Shown: positions 27,401 through 40,353 of the stretch, in pieces
How the letters are laid out: each line of letters begins with the position of its first letter
How positions within the stretch are numbered: the stretch's first letter is position 1
DNA from: Cenococcum geophilum
Taxonomy: Eukaryota
NCBI GenBank assembly: GCA_050273025.1
Contig: CP158635.1
Span: 32,426,001 to 32,490,000 of the forward strand
Reading direction: 5' to 3'
DNA: 64,000 nt
Notes under the pieces: generated by a model
Database searches by the model: none
What the model saw: the letters and a program-made list of their open reading frames with translations, nothing else
What the model was told of the DNA's origin: nothing
Made by a program: the position numbers and the translations under genes

Positions 27401-30400
27401 AAGAACTGCCCAAACTAGTCCCTATTCGCGGTTATAATGGATAAATAGGACTACCTATTATAACTATCTTATAGATCTACCTCCGCGTTAACGGATAAAG
27501 GTAGTATAATGTCCCCTTCCTTATTATGGACCTTAGAAGCCATAATATAATCTTAGGGAGAAAATAGCTAGCCTATTTAGGCTTATAGCTTAACATATGG
27601 AATAGGCAGCTTATCTAGCCCAAAACTATGCCCCTAATGCCTTCCTTTATAAAAGAGATTAGTATTATAATAGAAAACCTTATACGGCTATAGATAAATA
27701 CCGTTTACTAGGCCGATGTAACGCGTAGGGATTAGGCTTTTAAGAAGGATATATAGCTTAATCCGTAACGGATCCGTATACTATACCGCCCCTAGACTGC
27801 CTATATTACACTACCCGCACTAGAGACTTAGGAAGTTGGTAGTGGCCTAGCTAAGTCCCTAATAAAGAACTTAGGCCCTATATAGCCATAAAGAAAGGCT
27901 AGGGACATTAAATAATATACTAAACTAATAGACTGAAAGAACAACTTGCGGAAAATGGAACGTAAGCTAAGGAAGACTATAAACCCTATACCGTAAAATA
28001 CGGCCTAATAAATATCTATAAAGAAACCTATAGACCTCCCGCCAGTTAATATCTGCTATATTAGCGCTATAGGATTCTACTAAAACCTAGTTTAACCTAA
28101 TACCGTTACCTTTATAACTAGCTTATACGAAATTAATTAAATAATTAAAGAAAAAGAAGCCCTAGCCTAAGAGAAAAGCGAGCTTATAGATAAGGAGCTA
28201 GTAAAACAAAAACTGCCCCGTTAATACTAGAAATTTAAAAATACCTTCTCTAAAGTAGCGTCTAATATACTCCCGCCTTACCGACCATATAACTATAAGA
28301 TTAAAATTAAGCCGGATAAGGTGGTTACCCTTAGCTATAGCCCCCTCCGATAGTAATCTACTGCTAAATTATAGGCTATAAAGTAATATTTTATTAATAA
28401 CCTAGATAAGGGCTTTATTAAGCCTAGTTAAGCCCCTTTTAACTTACCTATTCTCTTTACTAAAAAGCTAAATAGAGGACTTTGTTTTTGTATTAACTAC
28501 TATAAGCTTAATAATTTAACCCTTAAAGACCGCTACCTACTACCTTTACTTAATGAGACTTTAGCCCGAATAAGTAGAGCTAAGATCTTTATAAAGCTTA
28601 ATATCCGCTAGGCTTTTTACTAGATTAGGATGGACCCTAAATTAGAAGACTTTATTACGTTTTAGACCTATTACAGAATGTATAAATATAAAGTACTGCC
28701 TTTTAAACTAACTAACGGACTGGCTCTATACCAACGATATATAAATGACGTACTATTTAACTACCTTAATGACTTCTGTATAGTATACCTAGATAATATT
28801 ATAATCTACTCTAAAAACGAATTAGAATATAAAGAGTATGTCTATAAAGTCCTATAACGGCTTTAGGAAGCTAGCCTCTAAGCCAATATTAAGAAGTTAG
28901 AATTTAGTGTTAAGCGTATAAAGTACCTAAGGTTTATTATTAGTATAAACGGGATTAAGGTAGACTTAGAAAAGACGGCCGTAATTAATTAATAGGTACC
29001 CCTAAGGACCGTAAAGGGGGTGTAGTTATTTTTAGGGTTCTATAACTTTTACTAACGCTTTATTAAGAACTATAGCAGGATTACCTAGCTACTAAGCTAA
29101 ACTAGCTAATTTACAATAAAGAAATGCTGGCTATTATCTCTAGCTTTTAGCACTAGCGAGCCTAACTAAAAGGCACCCCTAAGTCTATTTAGGTAGTTTC
29201 CAATTATAAGGCCTTAGAATATTTTATAATAATAAAGGCCCTTATAGCCCGATAGGCGCGCTAGGCGGATACCCTATCTTAGTTTAACTTCCTAATTATA
29301 TATAGGCTAGGCGCTACTAACCATGTAGACGCTCTTATAAGGCATAAACAGGATATAAATAACTAGATAGCTATAAAGATCTTATTACGGACCTAAGCGC
29401 TACTATAACTAGAGTATCTTAACTCCTAAATACGGGCAGAACTAAATACAGACTCTTTAGATGCTGAGATATGCCCTATTAACTCTATAGAACTGGACCT
29501 TATTAATAAACTGCTGTAGGTAAACTATACGGCCCCTTCTCTATAGGAGTACTGTGAAAAGGCAAAGAACGTTTCTAGCCTATAGTCCCTTAAAAGTGGA
29601 CTACTTAAGCACCGCGAACGGCTATTAGTAGCAGAGAAACAGAATTTACGGACTTAGCTTATTGCCGAAGCATATACCTAGGTCTCTACGGCCCACCCTA
29701 AAAAAAATAAAACCTATAGGATTATTAGCGACCGCTATTACTAGCCCGGAATAATTATAGATATTAACCGCTATATACGGAACTGCAATAACTGCTATAG
29801 GTTTATAATTTTACGAGATAAGACCCTAGGACTATTAAAACCCCTCCTAATACCTAACCGCCCCTAGTAATATATCTCTATAGACTTTTATAAGCTACCT
29901 CTAGACTATAACGGATATAATATGGTTATAATCCTAGTTGACCGCTTTAGTAAGCGCCCGTTTTTAATTCCCTGTTATAAGAATATTAATGCTAAAGAGG
30001 TAGCCTAGCTGTATATCTACTACGTCTACCGAATTTACGGACTATTAGATACTATTATATTTAACTATAGGCCGTAGTTTATATTAGCCTTTTAGAATAA
30101 GTTTACTTAGATCTTAGGCATTAAGCTAAAGCTTTCTATAGTATATTACCCCTAGACAGATAGTTAAATAGAGATTATAAATTAATACTTGGACTAGAGA
30201 CTTTAGCCTTTTATTAACTACTTCTAGGATAACTGGGCTAAACTATTGTCCTTAATAGACTACGCCCAAGTAACCCTACCCCATAACTCTACCGGATTTG
30301 CCCCTATTTAACTAGAAATGGGTTACCTACCCTATATAAGCTTTAACTAAGAAAGACTAAATGGGCCCTAGACTATACGCGAAAAACTATCTTATAAGGA

Positions 30401-32829
30401 AGCCTAGCAGTACGCTAAGCGCTTAGAAGAAGCTTAAAAAGTAGCCCGTATAAACCTAAAAAAGGCCCAGAAATTAATAAAATAGTAGGCGAATAAGTAT
30501 AGGCGCGAGCCTGACTTTACTATAGGCGATATAGTCTAGATTATAATAAAGAACTAGAAGATAGAACGGCCTAGCTATAAGCTAAACTATAAGATAGTAG
30601 GACCGTATAAAATTCTTAATAAAGTAGGCAACTTATATAAGGTTAAGCTCCCAGACTTAATTAAAGTTTACCCTATTTTCTTACTAGATAAGTTATAGAA
30701 AGCTATGAATAACCTACTACCTAGACAAAAGAATAAACCTCCCCTACTAATTTAAGTTAATGGCGATAATAAATGGGAAATTAAAGAAGTGCTAGCCTAT
30801 AAACTTATAAAGGGAACGTTAAAGTATTATATTAGTTGGAAAGGATATAACCTAGACCCTACTTAGTACCCTATATAGAACTTTATAGGTAGTCCCTATA
30901 AGCTCTAGGAGTTTTATAACCGTTACCCTAATAAACCTAGACCGCTAAAGTACCTAGATAAGTGGATAGAATGCTAGTATAATAAAGATAATAAGCTATT
31001 AAAAGAACATAAGGATAAAAACACCCTAAAAATTTCTTAGTTATGTAAGGTATTAAGATATCTAGGAACTTCGACCGGCGGTTAAAGTTATCTAATTAAT
31101 TAGATTTTCTTATTAAGACTTTTAGCAACAAAGCCTAAGGGCAGGCTTTTTTAGAGGGGGGGGTAATATTACGGCACTAGCAGAACTTAGTAGAACTTAG
31201 TAGAACTTCGCACCAATAAGTTACCACAGATTGCCACAGATTGCCGTATATTGCGATTATGTGACGCGAAGATCTTATAAAACACCAAACAGCGCTGCTC
31301 TTCTTCTCCTTTCCTTTCCCTAGTTTTAGATTCTCGTTTATAGACAATCCAATTATACAGGCTTACGCGACCCTTTTGCCGTACTTATATCTCGATTAAC
31401 TAAGTCGCTAATACCCCCCTAGCTTATCGCCTATTATTTCTATTTATATAACCTTATATATAGTTATTCCCGTAGCTATTAAGCCCTTATCTTCCGTCTC
31501 CTATATTTAATATAGTCTTCTCTCTCCTACGCCTTATATATGCTTTAGTAGCAGTTTACGCATTTTATTTAGTCTTAATTTAAGTAGTGTCTTATATTAT
31601 AAGGGCCTATATAGTGGCTATAGCACACCTATACTGCGTATATAGATTAGGTGTATCCCTATTATATATAGCAATAGTATTATTCTAGGTATAGTCTGTG
31701 GTTATAAAGCCTTATATTATATATAAGGCCGTTTATAATTATTCCTTTTTAGATAAGGAGTTTTTATATTCTTAGTATATATATACTAATAATAAGGGAG
31801 CCATACGTTTATTTAGCGTCTCCCTAATAAGTCTCTAGCAACCCTTATATCCTCTTATTATTCTTATTATTTACTTAGTTTATATTTTCCTATTAAAGCT
31901 ATTAAATTTAGGTAATCTTAAGTCCTAGTATAAGGCGTTCCGTTTATCTTACTATCTTTTATATAATTGCTATATTGTCTACCTAGCGTCTCTTTTCTAC
32001 CCTAAGGCTTATAGGGACTGCTAGGACTTTAACTAGGTAATCCTTATAGAGTACTTTTATACCAATACGTTCTTCTAGCCTATCCCCTGCCCTTACGGCT
32101 TATTCCTTTACCTATTAGTCCTTTAGAGTAACTCTAATATCTTCGCTCCTAAGGTATTGGACTATAATAGCGTTATAGACCTCTTTATAGATTTCTATAA
32201 GGACTTCTGTTTCTAATTATCCCTAAAGCCCCTTTACTTTTTCTATATTTAGTTATATTATAATTATATACCCAGTTATTATCTTAAGGGGGGTAAGTTC
32301 CCTATGCTATAGAAGTGCAGCTATAGTAGCCTAGGTGCGGTTTGCCGGTAAAGGGGGGCTTTATTTATTTTTAATTTTACTTAGCCGTTAGAGGATTTAG
32401 TTAAGGGTTTGCTAAAGGGGTATCTAAGGTTTGCTAAACTAGCGGAGCTATTCTACTAGCTATATTAGATTGTTATAGCTAATAGTTACTCCCCCATAAT
32501 TCTAGGTACTAAACGCGTCTAGTAGGCTTTATATTTTATTAGATGCCTTCTTAATAAAGGTATTTCCACTTTATGGTGTGGCATTCGCCCGTCTTTATTG
32601 TGGAGGGCCATTGCTAGGCGTAGTTCTGGCGGTCGCGCGCGGGTGTAAACCACCGTCGTTCGACGTATGCCTCCCTTGCGATGCATGCATCTTAGGGGGA
32701 TTTTCTAGGTGTTTTATAGGGTTCTTTTAGTTGGTTTTAGTCTTTTTGGGCCGGGTATAGCAAGAGCTCCAATCGAATTGTTCCTTTTTGCTATACTTTT
32801 ATTAGCTTTAACACGAAGCCTAATTCTAT
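21437..32829 (-). mobile_element. Tad1-like LINE copy 1, apparently full length (ORF1, APE endonuclease, RT), interrupted by family A copy 2
   Basis: ~16-bp duplication tactgcttatattaat at 21421-21436 and 32830-32845. RT motifs at ~23000-23600 and an endonuclease-like region at ~24500-25110 on the minus strand. The 3' end matches 54990-55761. Confidence 0.9.
25626..31413 (+). mobile_element. Ty3/Gypsy family A copy 2 (chromovirus), near full length, with an RNase H-region deletion near 29100
   Basis: 247-bp LTRs at 25626-25872 and 31167-31413; TSD ccccc; gag CCHC knuckle ~27068; protease LADSGA ~27315; YLDD ~28786; chromodomain ~30773-30920. Confidence 0.94.
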
Positions 32830-35601
32830 TACTGCTTATATTAATAATATCCTAATATATAGTAATAACCTAACTAAATACCGGAAACACGTTAATTTTA
32901 TTCTATAAGCCCTATAAGGAGCTAGTCTATAATTAGATATAGATAAATGCAAATTTTATAAAACGGAAGTTTTATACCTTAGGCTTCTTATTTCTATAAA
33001 TAGTATATAAATAGACTTAAAGAAAGTTAAAGTAATTATAAACTAGTAAGAACCTAAAAATGTTAAGGACGTAAAAGCCTTTATAGGATGTGCTAATTTC
33101 TACTAATAGTTTATTAATAACTTCTTTACCCTAGTTTTACCTTTTATAGCCCTAATATAAAAAGATAAAGCCTTTATCTTTAATAAGGAATATAAAAAGG
33201 CCTTTACTTACCTAAAGGTTATATTTACTACCGCGCCTATACTCTAACACTTTAACTTAAACTAGAAGAGTATTATAGAAGCTAACTTATCTAACTACGT
33301 TACTAGAGGTATTTTAATTTAATATAATAACGAAGGAGTATTATACCCTATAGCATACTTTTCAAAATAACTAAGTTTAGCCGAATATAATTATAAGATC
33401 TACAATAAAGAACTATTAGTTATTATTAGATGTTTTAAGTAATAGCGACTAGAACTAGAAGGTGCTAAATTCCTAATTATAGTTCTTAGCGATTATAAGA
33501 ACCTATAATACTTTATAACTATAAAATAGCTAAGCCACCACTAGGCCTATTAGTTAGAATATCTATCTTATTTCTAATTCTTAATTACATACTAACTAGG
33601 CGCTTAAGGCTAAAAGCCTAACGCCCTAATATAATGCACGCAGGACGCGCTGGTACTAAAAGAAGCGCACTCCTACTATAACTAGACCCTACTAAAGACC
33701 TTATGGTATACGTCCTTAAAATAACTAATTAATTAATTAAATAGATTATAATTAACGAATACCCAAATAATAAGTTTATCTAAAAGACACTTAATCTAAT
33801 TTAAGATAGCGTTAAATGCTTTAAAAAGATCTCTTTAAGTAAATATAAAGCTTATAGAGACCGTTTATACTACTAAAACCGCCTAGTTATACATAATCAT
33901 AACGAACTTAAGCTTAAGCTTCTTAAATATATACACGATTTACTAGTAGCCGGATACCTAGGCTAAGAAAAAAACTCTAAAATTACTTTAATAAGAATAC
34001 TATTAGCCGAATATATATAATATAATACGAAGATACGTCTCTAGCTACTATATCTATTAATAAGTTAAAGCTTTATATAAGACGTATAACGACCTTTTAA
34101 AGCTACTACCTATTCCAGACCGAAGATAGAAAGATATCTTAATTAACTTTATTATGGATCTCCCCGTAAGTAAAAGCTGTATAAATATTATAGTAGTTAT
34201 AGACTAACTATCTAAGATAAGACACTTAATCGCCTACCCTAATATATTAGCACCTGCTATTGCCTAGCTATTCCTAGATTATATATAGAAACTTTATAAA
34301 CTTCCTAAAACAATTATCTCTAATAAAGGTAGCTAGTTTATCTTTATATTTTAGAAAAAATTAACTACCCAACTCTATATTAAAGCACTATTATTTATTA
34401 TATACTGCTTAGAGACGGATAGCTAAATAGAATATATAAATACTATAATAAAATAGTATATTTGGATATACACATTATATTTATAGGATAACTGGATTAA
34501 CTAGCTTATATTTACTAAGTTTACTATAAATAACTTTATCTTAGAAACTATAAAGGTCTCCCTATTCCTAGCTAACTATAGCTAGTATCTATAAATAGGT
34601 TTTAAACACTTTAGTAATGTTCCTTACCCTACCTATTATACCTTATAAGTTATAAAAGTAAATAAATTTATAGAAAAGATAGAAGAACTATAATAGTTCC
34701 TTACTAATAAAATAATATAGGCTTAATCTATCTATAAAGCTATAGCGAATAAGAAATAAACCCTAGTACTAGCCTATTAAATTAGTAACTTTATTTAGCT
34801 AAATATAAGAAATCTAAATATAAAATAACCTACTAAGAAACTTAATTAGAAAAACGCTAGCCCTTATAAAGTTAAGAAGGTTATCTTCTCTTACGCCTAC
34901 TAACTAAGGCTCCCTAATATGGTTAAAATCCACCCTGTATTCTATATATTAGTCCTCTACCCTACTACCCCCGTATTAGATACCCTGCCTAAATAAATAT
35001 AGGATCCTCCCCTACTAGTTAAAGTAGATAATAAAAACGAGTACTTTGTTAAAAGAATTAATAATATTAAGTATAATAAAAGGAAATGCTAATATATATA
35101 CCTTATAAAATAGAAAGGCTTTACTAAGCCCTTATAGGAACCTATTAACTTTATAGTACTTATATAAGCCACAGAAGACTTTTATAAACTTTCCCTAAAA
35201 CTATTATAGCCCTATCTCGCAAAAGCTTAAGTTTAAAGGGGGGGTACTATTATAGGATACCCCTATAACACCTTATACACATCTACCTATTTCTACTAAC
35301 TTAGCAACTAGAGATTAAATATAAGATAGCAATTTACGGCAATCTAACGGCAATCTGCTATATTCTGCTAAGTTCCACTAAATCCTGCTAAGTTCTACTA
35401 GGACTACTACTTAAATCCTATTCTGCTCCGTATATATATTAACTAAGTAACCAAGCTAACAATATATACCCTTTCTTCCCGTTTTCCTACCTTCTCTTCT
35501 TACGCAATGTCTTGACCTTATTACATAGTTTATGTATATAGCTTAATAATATCTACCTCGTTACATATTATCGTCGCTTGTACTTACTCCGTGACACTAA
35601 G

Positions 35602-35825
35602 TAGGCTAGACACCCACCTTAATCGCAATAGCTATATAACTACGTTTTAATATTACAACTTCTGAATTTTAACTATATATAAGTTCTATATAGAAATGTA
35701 AAGCCTTATACTTCATAAAACGTAATTAATGGTGTATTTATGCGTACGCATACAAATTTAGGTAGGGAGAGGTAGGTGCGGGCACCTCGCGTATTTCCAT
35801 AGTGCCAACTTTTTTATCTATAGAG
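35602..35825 (+). mobile_element. 3' end and probable right TIR of the split Tc1/mariner element
   Basis: The transposase frame resumes after the ctaag TSD and stops near 35650. The segment ends ...gtgccaacttttttatctatagag followed by TA (35826-35827), where ankyrin-coding sequence starts abruptly. The partner TIR is not in the window. Confidence 0.6.
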
Positions 35826-35827
35826 TA

Positions 35828-36798
35828 ACAATTCCTGATGCTGTGACAATTCTTCTTGAGCACAATATCGATATTTTAGCTATCCGAGACAAGGATTCAA
35901 CCACCCTTAGTCCTATGTTGAAATATATGGCTAGCCTCAAGATTCTAGTCTCCAAACTCCAGACATCGGAGTTGGAACTGCGTCCAGAGGATGCAAGCAT
36001 ACCCAATGCAATACTAGCAAACTCAACCTTGTCAGTGAGACTTCTTCTGGAATACGGCCTAGATGTCAATATGAAAGATGCGGGCGGGAAGAAACCACTA
36101 GACCTCGCCTTGGAACTCGCTAATCTAGAGATTCTGGAAAATTTATTAGACTTTCACGCTGAAGCAGGCCTAAAGTGGGATCATGCATCCGTATTCATCC
36201 AGAAATGGAGCAACGAGATTTGGTTCCACACCCTACTCTCCCAGCTCACTCCAGGGACGGCTCAGGGACTCTGTGGAACGTTTCTCTTCCGTAATAGAAA
36301 GTTGCGATGAGGAGACAACGTTTGTAGACGGCTCCCCCGACACTCCGTACTTGCAATTGGTCATCCCTCCACACCTACAAGAGATTCAAGGAATTATGAT
36401 TCATATAGTGTCTCGCGACCAAGGTAAAAATATCCAAGTAGCCTCCAATCAAAAAGGATACTGTGGCTAATAGTTTATAAGGTTGGAGCGATCAATCCGA
36501 TTAGTGGGGTGGTAGCTATATGGCCTCTTCTTCATGGTTCGAGCTCGGCGTTAAGCGGGCCTCTGGTCCAGCGCCTCAAGCTGAAAGGTTTCACATTTGT
36601 TTTAACGTCCATGGTAGTGATTCCTGGCATTTGCAAAGGCATATATGGGACGTTCAGAATCCGGCCAAACGAAAATGGCTCCGTACCTTGGCTCCTGGTG
36701 ACACTTTACAGGTCTTTCCTAAAGCTCGATATGGGGGTTGGGAGAATCGTGTGCAGCCCATAAAGATCGTTCTATATGGGAACGAGACAGTCGAATAG
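35828..36798 (+). pseudogene. 5'-truncated ankyrin-repeat gene with a C-terminal fungal domain (SRDQGW...SWFE...GD.LQVFPKARYGGWEN.V)
   Basis: Ankyrin motif VRLLLEYGLDVNMKDAGGKKPLDLA. Intron 36424-36481 joins SRDQG-WS. In-frame TAG at 36502-36504. A frame change near 36190-36255 is either a frameshift or an intron at 36191-36254. No start codon. Confidence 0.8.
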
Positions 36799-37526
36799 TA
36801 GCCGATATCTATCACATATCGGGGGGGGGGGGTCATTTGACGCGGTTATGACCCGCGTTAATACGAGGTTAGGACCACCCCTGCTGATAACGCGCACGAA
36901 CCCCGCACGAGGTCGCGCAGCGACCGCCCCCGAGTACCCTCGCACGCGATCTTGGGCGAAAAGGTACTTCAGACACTAGCGTAACTACCCTGATGCACGA
37001 CTATCCTGTCTCCTTCTAATCATTTTCTAACAGAGCATATTCGTATCTTCTCTACGCAATAAATTCACCAACCAAAGCTAGCACCTCTCTCATCCCAAAA
37101 GAAATCGGAGACTGTTGAATGTATTTCTCCATTAGGGATTATAATAGGAACTTTCCACACGCATAGAACCCAAGCGAATGTTTCTTTTATCCCCCACTCG
37201 CCCTGTGCTTTCCATGCGTAAATTTCAGCCGTGCATTAGAGATTAGTTCGCATCCGAGCAGTATGGAATCCTACGTCTATCCGGACTAGCGATCTAGATG
37301 CACTAGCGGTAGCTTGCCTGGTCTAGGTACTCTTTTCACCACAAATTCATAAGCCATGTCCATAATCTGTGCGTTCGGTTGAGCCCTTCTTTCAATGATA
37401 TCTTTTTTTATTCAACGCCCTCAAATTTTTTTTCATTTTCAATTTTCAAAGGCCTCCAATACAGTGATGTTCACGACCAGCTTCACCCCCCCCTTTAGCG
37501 AGCGCTGCGAGATTTCAAATTCGCTA

Positions 37527-37904
37527 CGCGCATCCAATCTCGCTTGATTGCCGCCAGCTGTACATAGTAATTGTAGCGAAGCCATATGCTTGGCTGCAAG
37601 AACGTCGCGATCCCGCAGTGTCGTGATCTTCACCAGATATCGTGAGGTTTCCACCCGTATGATATTGCCAAATTCCATCGACCTCTCTGCAGAGACAGCG
37701 TTGTATTCGCGTTTTGGCGGCCACAAGGGAGGCGTAGTTACGGGGGAGAAGGGGGAGAAGAGGAAGCGTACGTCTTCAATTTGATTCCCCTGGCCAACCA
37801 AGGCGTTTCTCCAGGGCAACCAAAAAGGTCCTTACGTGTGGCCACAGCCGTTCGCTACAGGTACTACGTACAGCTAGTGGCAATCAAGCGAGGTTGGATG
37901 CGCG
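37527..37904. mobile_element. 378-bp MITE with 54-bp TIRs inserted inside the left TIR of the Tc1 element
   Basis: 37527-37580 is the inverted repeat of 37851-37904 (about 6 mismatches). TA duplicated at 37525-37526 and 37905-37906; the right TIR shows the empty site. Confidence 0.92.
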
Positions 37905-37988
37905 TACGGAGGACGGCCCAGAAAGAGATTTCTCCTTCCTATTTGGGAAAAGTGCGGTTTTAAGCGCCAAGACCTCACCAAAATCAAC

Positions 37989-38456
37989 TCAATCAGCTTG
38001 ATTGAAGCTTTTAATACTAGTATATTGTCTATATAGCTTCCAAAACGTGGTGTTTTAGTGTCTAGCATTTACCTGATTGACCTCATTCCACCGCACCTTA
38101 TATTCTATAGGCTTTCGAGGTTTTCGAGGCCTTAGTTGCCTCTGTTGTTCTTGGCTCTCTACCTGGCTCTCTACCTAGCTCTCTACCTGGCTCTCTACCC
38201 GTTCGATTACCTGATTGCGATCGTCTCTTTAGAGTCTCTGGTTATAGAGCTGTCGATCTGCAATCAAGCCAGAGCCTTAAGTGTTTTAACGTCGATTTGG
38301 AACAACCAAATCAGCTAATTTTTGCCACTCTTCCTCAGTAATCTCCTCAATTTCCTCACGGCTCTGCGCAGGTAGGAAGAATTGTAGATAGGCGTCAGGC
38401 AGACTACAGTGATTGCGCAATATCTCGTAGCCCGTTTTAAGCACCTTAACGATCAT
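37989..38456 (-). pseudogene. Second ORF (155 codons) inside the Tc1 element, unknown function
   Basis: A single frame from ATG 38456 to TGA 37989 has five internal stops (4 TAA, 1 TAG). One stop is CAG>TAG within a 4 x VESQ repeat. Confidence 0.6.
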
Positions 38457-39770
38457 AGAGAGCTTGCGATTGGCTTCCTTATGGAGCTGCTTCCGGCTTC
38501 GCTGCTTTTTATTTGCTCCCTCTCTATAATCGTTGCCTCCTTTAAGTTCTATAATCTTCTCAATATGGCGAGGGATCCTCTCAATCCACTACTGAATTCG
38601 CCACTGCTTAAGATCTTGCCAGGCTCTAAGCCAAGCCTTCTTTGCAGCTGCGCGGGAGGTAAGCGGGCCTCTTTTTGTAGTAATCCGTTTTAGGTAGCCC
38701 TAACAGGGCTTAATTATATTTAGATCAGGCGAATTACCTAGCTAAAGAAGACGTTGAATCTCGCAAGCGTCAAAGTAGGTTTAGTGAATCTTTGCAATAT
38801 GAGTAGTAGCTTTGTCTTCCTGTATAATCGTATTAGGATTTAAGTATATAAGACTTTAGGCAAACGGAAGAAGTTTTGGTATTAAAATATTTGTTAGATA
38901 TTGCCACTAGTTAATTCCACCTCCATCTAATCGAGTTAAAGCTCCGTACGACGCCGTAAACTTCCATTTAGTAGGAGCGCCGCCCATTTGCCTCTTATAA
39001 CGTAGTTTGTATAGGCTCCTTTTAGTGGCTTAATTCTTCTTCTAGGTCTTATGTGCCTCTAGCTCTAGAGCTTAATTCCAGATCTTAATAATATATTTTA
39101 ATTTGTTAAATTCCTTCTTTATTTAGGGCTTCTAAATATAGTAAGGGCCTTTAAAGTTGTATATAAAGTAACCCCAAAACATAAACTCGGAGTACCCCTT
39201 CCACCGCTCTTGTACGCAGCTGCGTACGTAGGCCTTATTCGATTGTTGCTATACTTAATAGCCCCCTCAACGGTGGCCTAAAATAATACTCGTCTTATCT
39301 GACTAAATTACAGCCTTCCAATCTTTTAACGTCTAATAACGATGAGCTAGTGTAAATCTATATCGTTTATTCTTTATAGCTGCAGTTAATCTAGGCTTCC
39401 TTATTAGCTTTATTTTACGGAAGCTGTGCTTTTTAAGTATAATTTAAACGGACGCCGTAGAGATACCTATTTCGCGAGCTATTTTTTTACTGCTTTTTTT
39501 ACGCCCGTAACGATCGTATATAACGGCGTTTATAACTCTCTGCTTAATATTAGGGGTAATCTTTTTAGTACGCCCTGCGCGGGGCTTATCCTTAAGGTGG
39601 TTATTAAGGAGAACCCAATTTGCATTCTAACTATTCTCTACTACCTTTTTTACTAGGTTACCGATGTGCCTACCGTTAATCCCAGTAATTTGAGTGATTA
39701 GTTTTAGGGGTGTACCCAAAGCCTTTATTACTATGGCCTGCGCCCTCGTTGCAAGGCCGTAGTAAGGCAT
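38446..39770 (-). pseudogene. Tc1-family DDE transposase, RIP-inactivated
   Basis: Motifs: MP..GLATRAQA start, KPRAGRTKKIT, DWKAVIWSDETS, YSEFMFWG.F, EDKATTH, NSPDLN.IEPCW, IIELKGGNDYREG. Confidence 0.9.
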
Positions 39771-40353
39771 TTTGGGCTTAAAAATAGTAGGGAAAACAGT
39801 AGAAGGTATATAAAGGATATTATAAGCGATTAAGTGAGTAGATTCTATTAAAAGGTTGGTGTAGAGTTGCTTTTACAAAGCTCGAAGTCAAAAATTTGGC
39901 ATATTTTGGTGGGGTCTTGGCACTAAAACCGCACTTTTCCCAAATAGGAAGGAGAAATCTCTTTCTGGGCCGTCCTCCGTAGCGAATTTGAAATCTCGCA
40001 GCGCTCGCTAAAGGGGGGGGTGAAGCTGGTCGTGAACATCACTGTAGTCTCGACTCAAGTCAGACAGTCTCAGAGGATGCGAACCATTTAAGCGATCTAA
40101 AACACTAAATCATTGTCACACCGTTACGGGAAATTTTCAAGACCCCGATTGTGAATATCATGAGATAATGCATTTAATTATCCTCGAAGCTGGAGTTGCT
40201 CAGTGCACTCACAGACATCCAAGTGCGTGAAAAGGTTATGTTTCACTATGTTCTGAGCCGAATAGCAGCACATCCTCCGCTCTATAAACAGGCCATCTCG
40301 CAGGTAAAATATCAAGTCGAATAGATCGCATTGCATCCTTCCTCCAAAAACCC

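Larger units (their letters stand above)
17822..35596 (+). mobile_element. Ty3/Gypsy family C, full length, host of a MITE and a LINE
   Basis: LTRs at 17822-18180 and 35248-35596; TSD ctaag (17817-17821, 35597-35601); protease VLIDTGASG (~20023); RT split at AYIDD; integrase ~33900-34700; chromodomain ~35040-35200; PPT aaaggggggg ~35235-35244. Confidence 0.93.
37462..40044 (-). mobile_element. Tc1/mariner (impala/Ant1-like) DNA transposon with ~142-bp TIRs, moderately RIPped
   Basis: Ends cagtgatgttcacgaccagc... and ...gctggtcgtgaacatcactg, with TA on both sides. Right TIR 39903-40044; left TIR split into 37462-37526 and 37907-37984. Confidence 0.95.

Noticed and set aside
37000..37440. Possible degenerate gene fragment on the minus strand
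   Set aside because: No consistent frame or recognisable motif.
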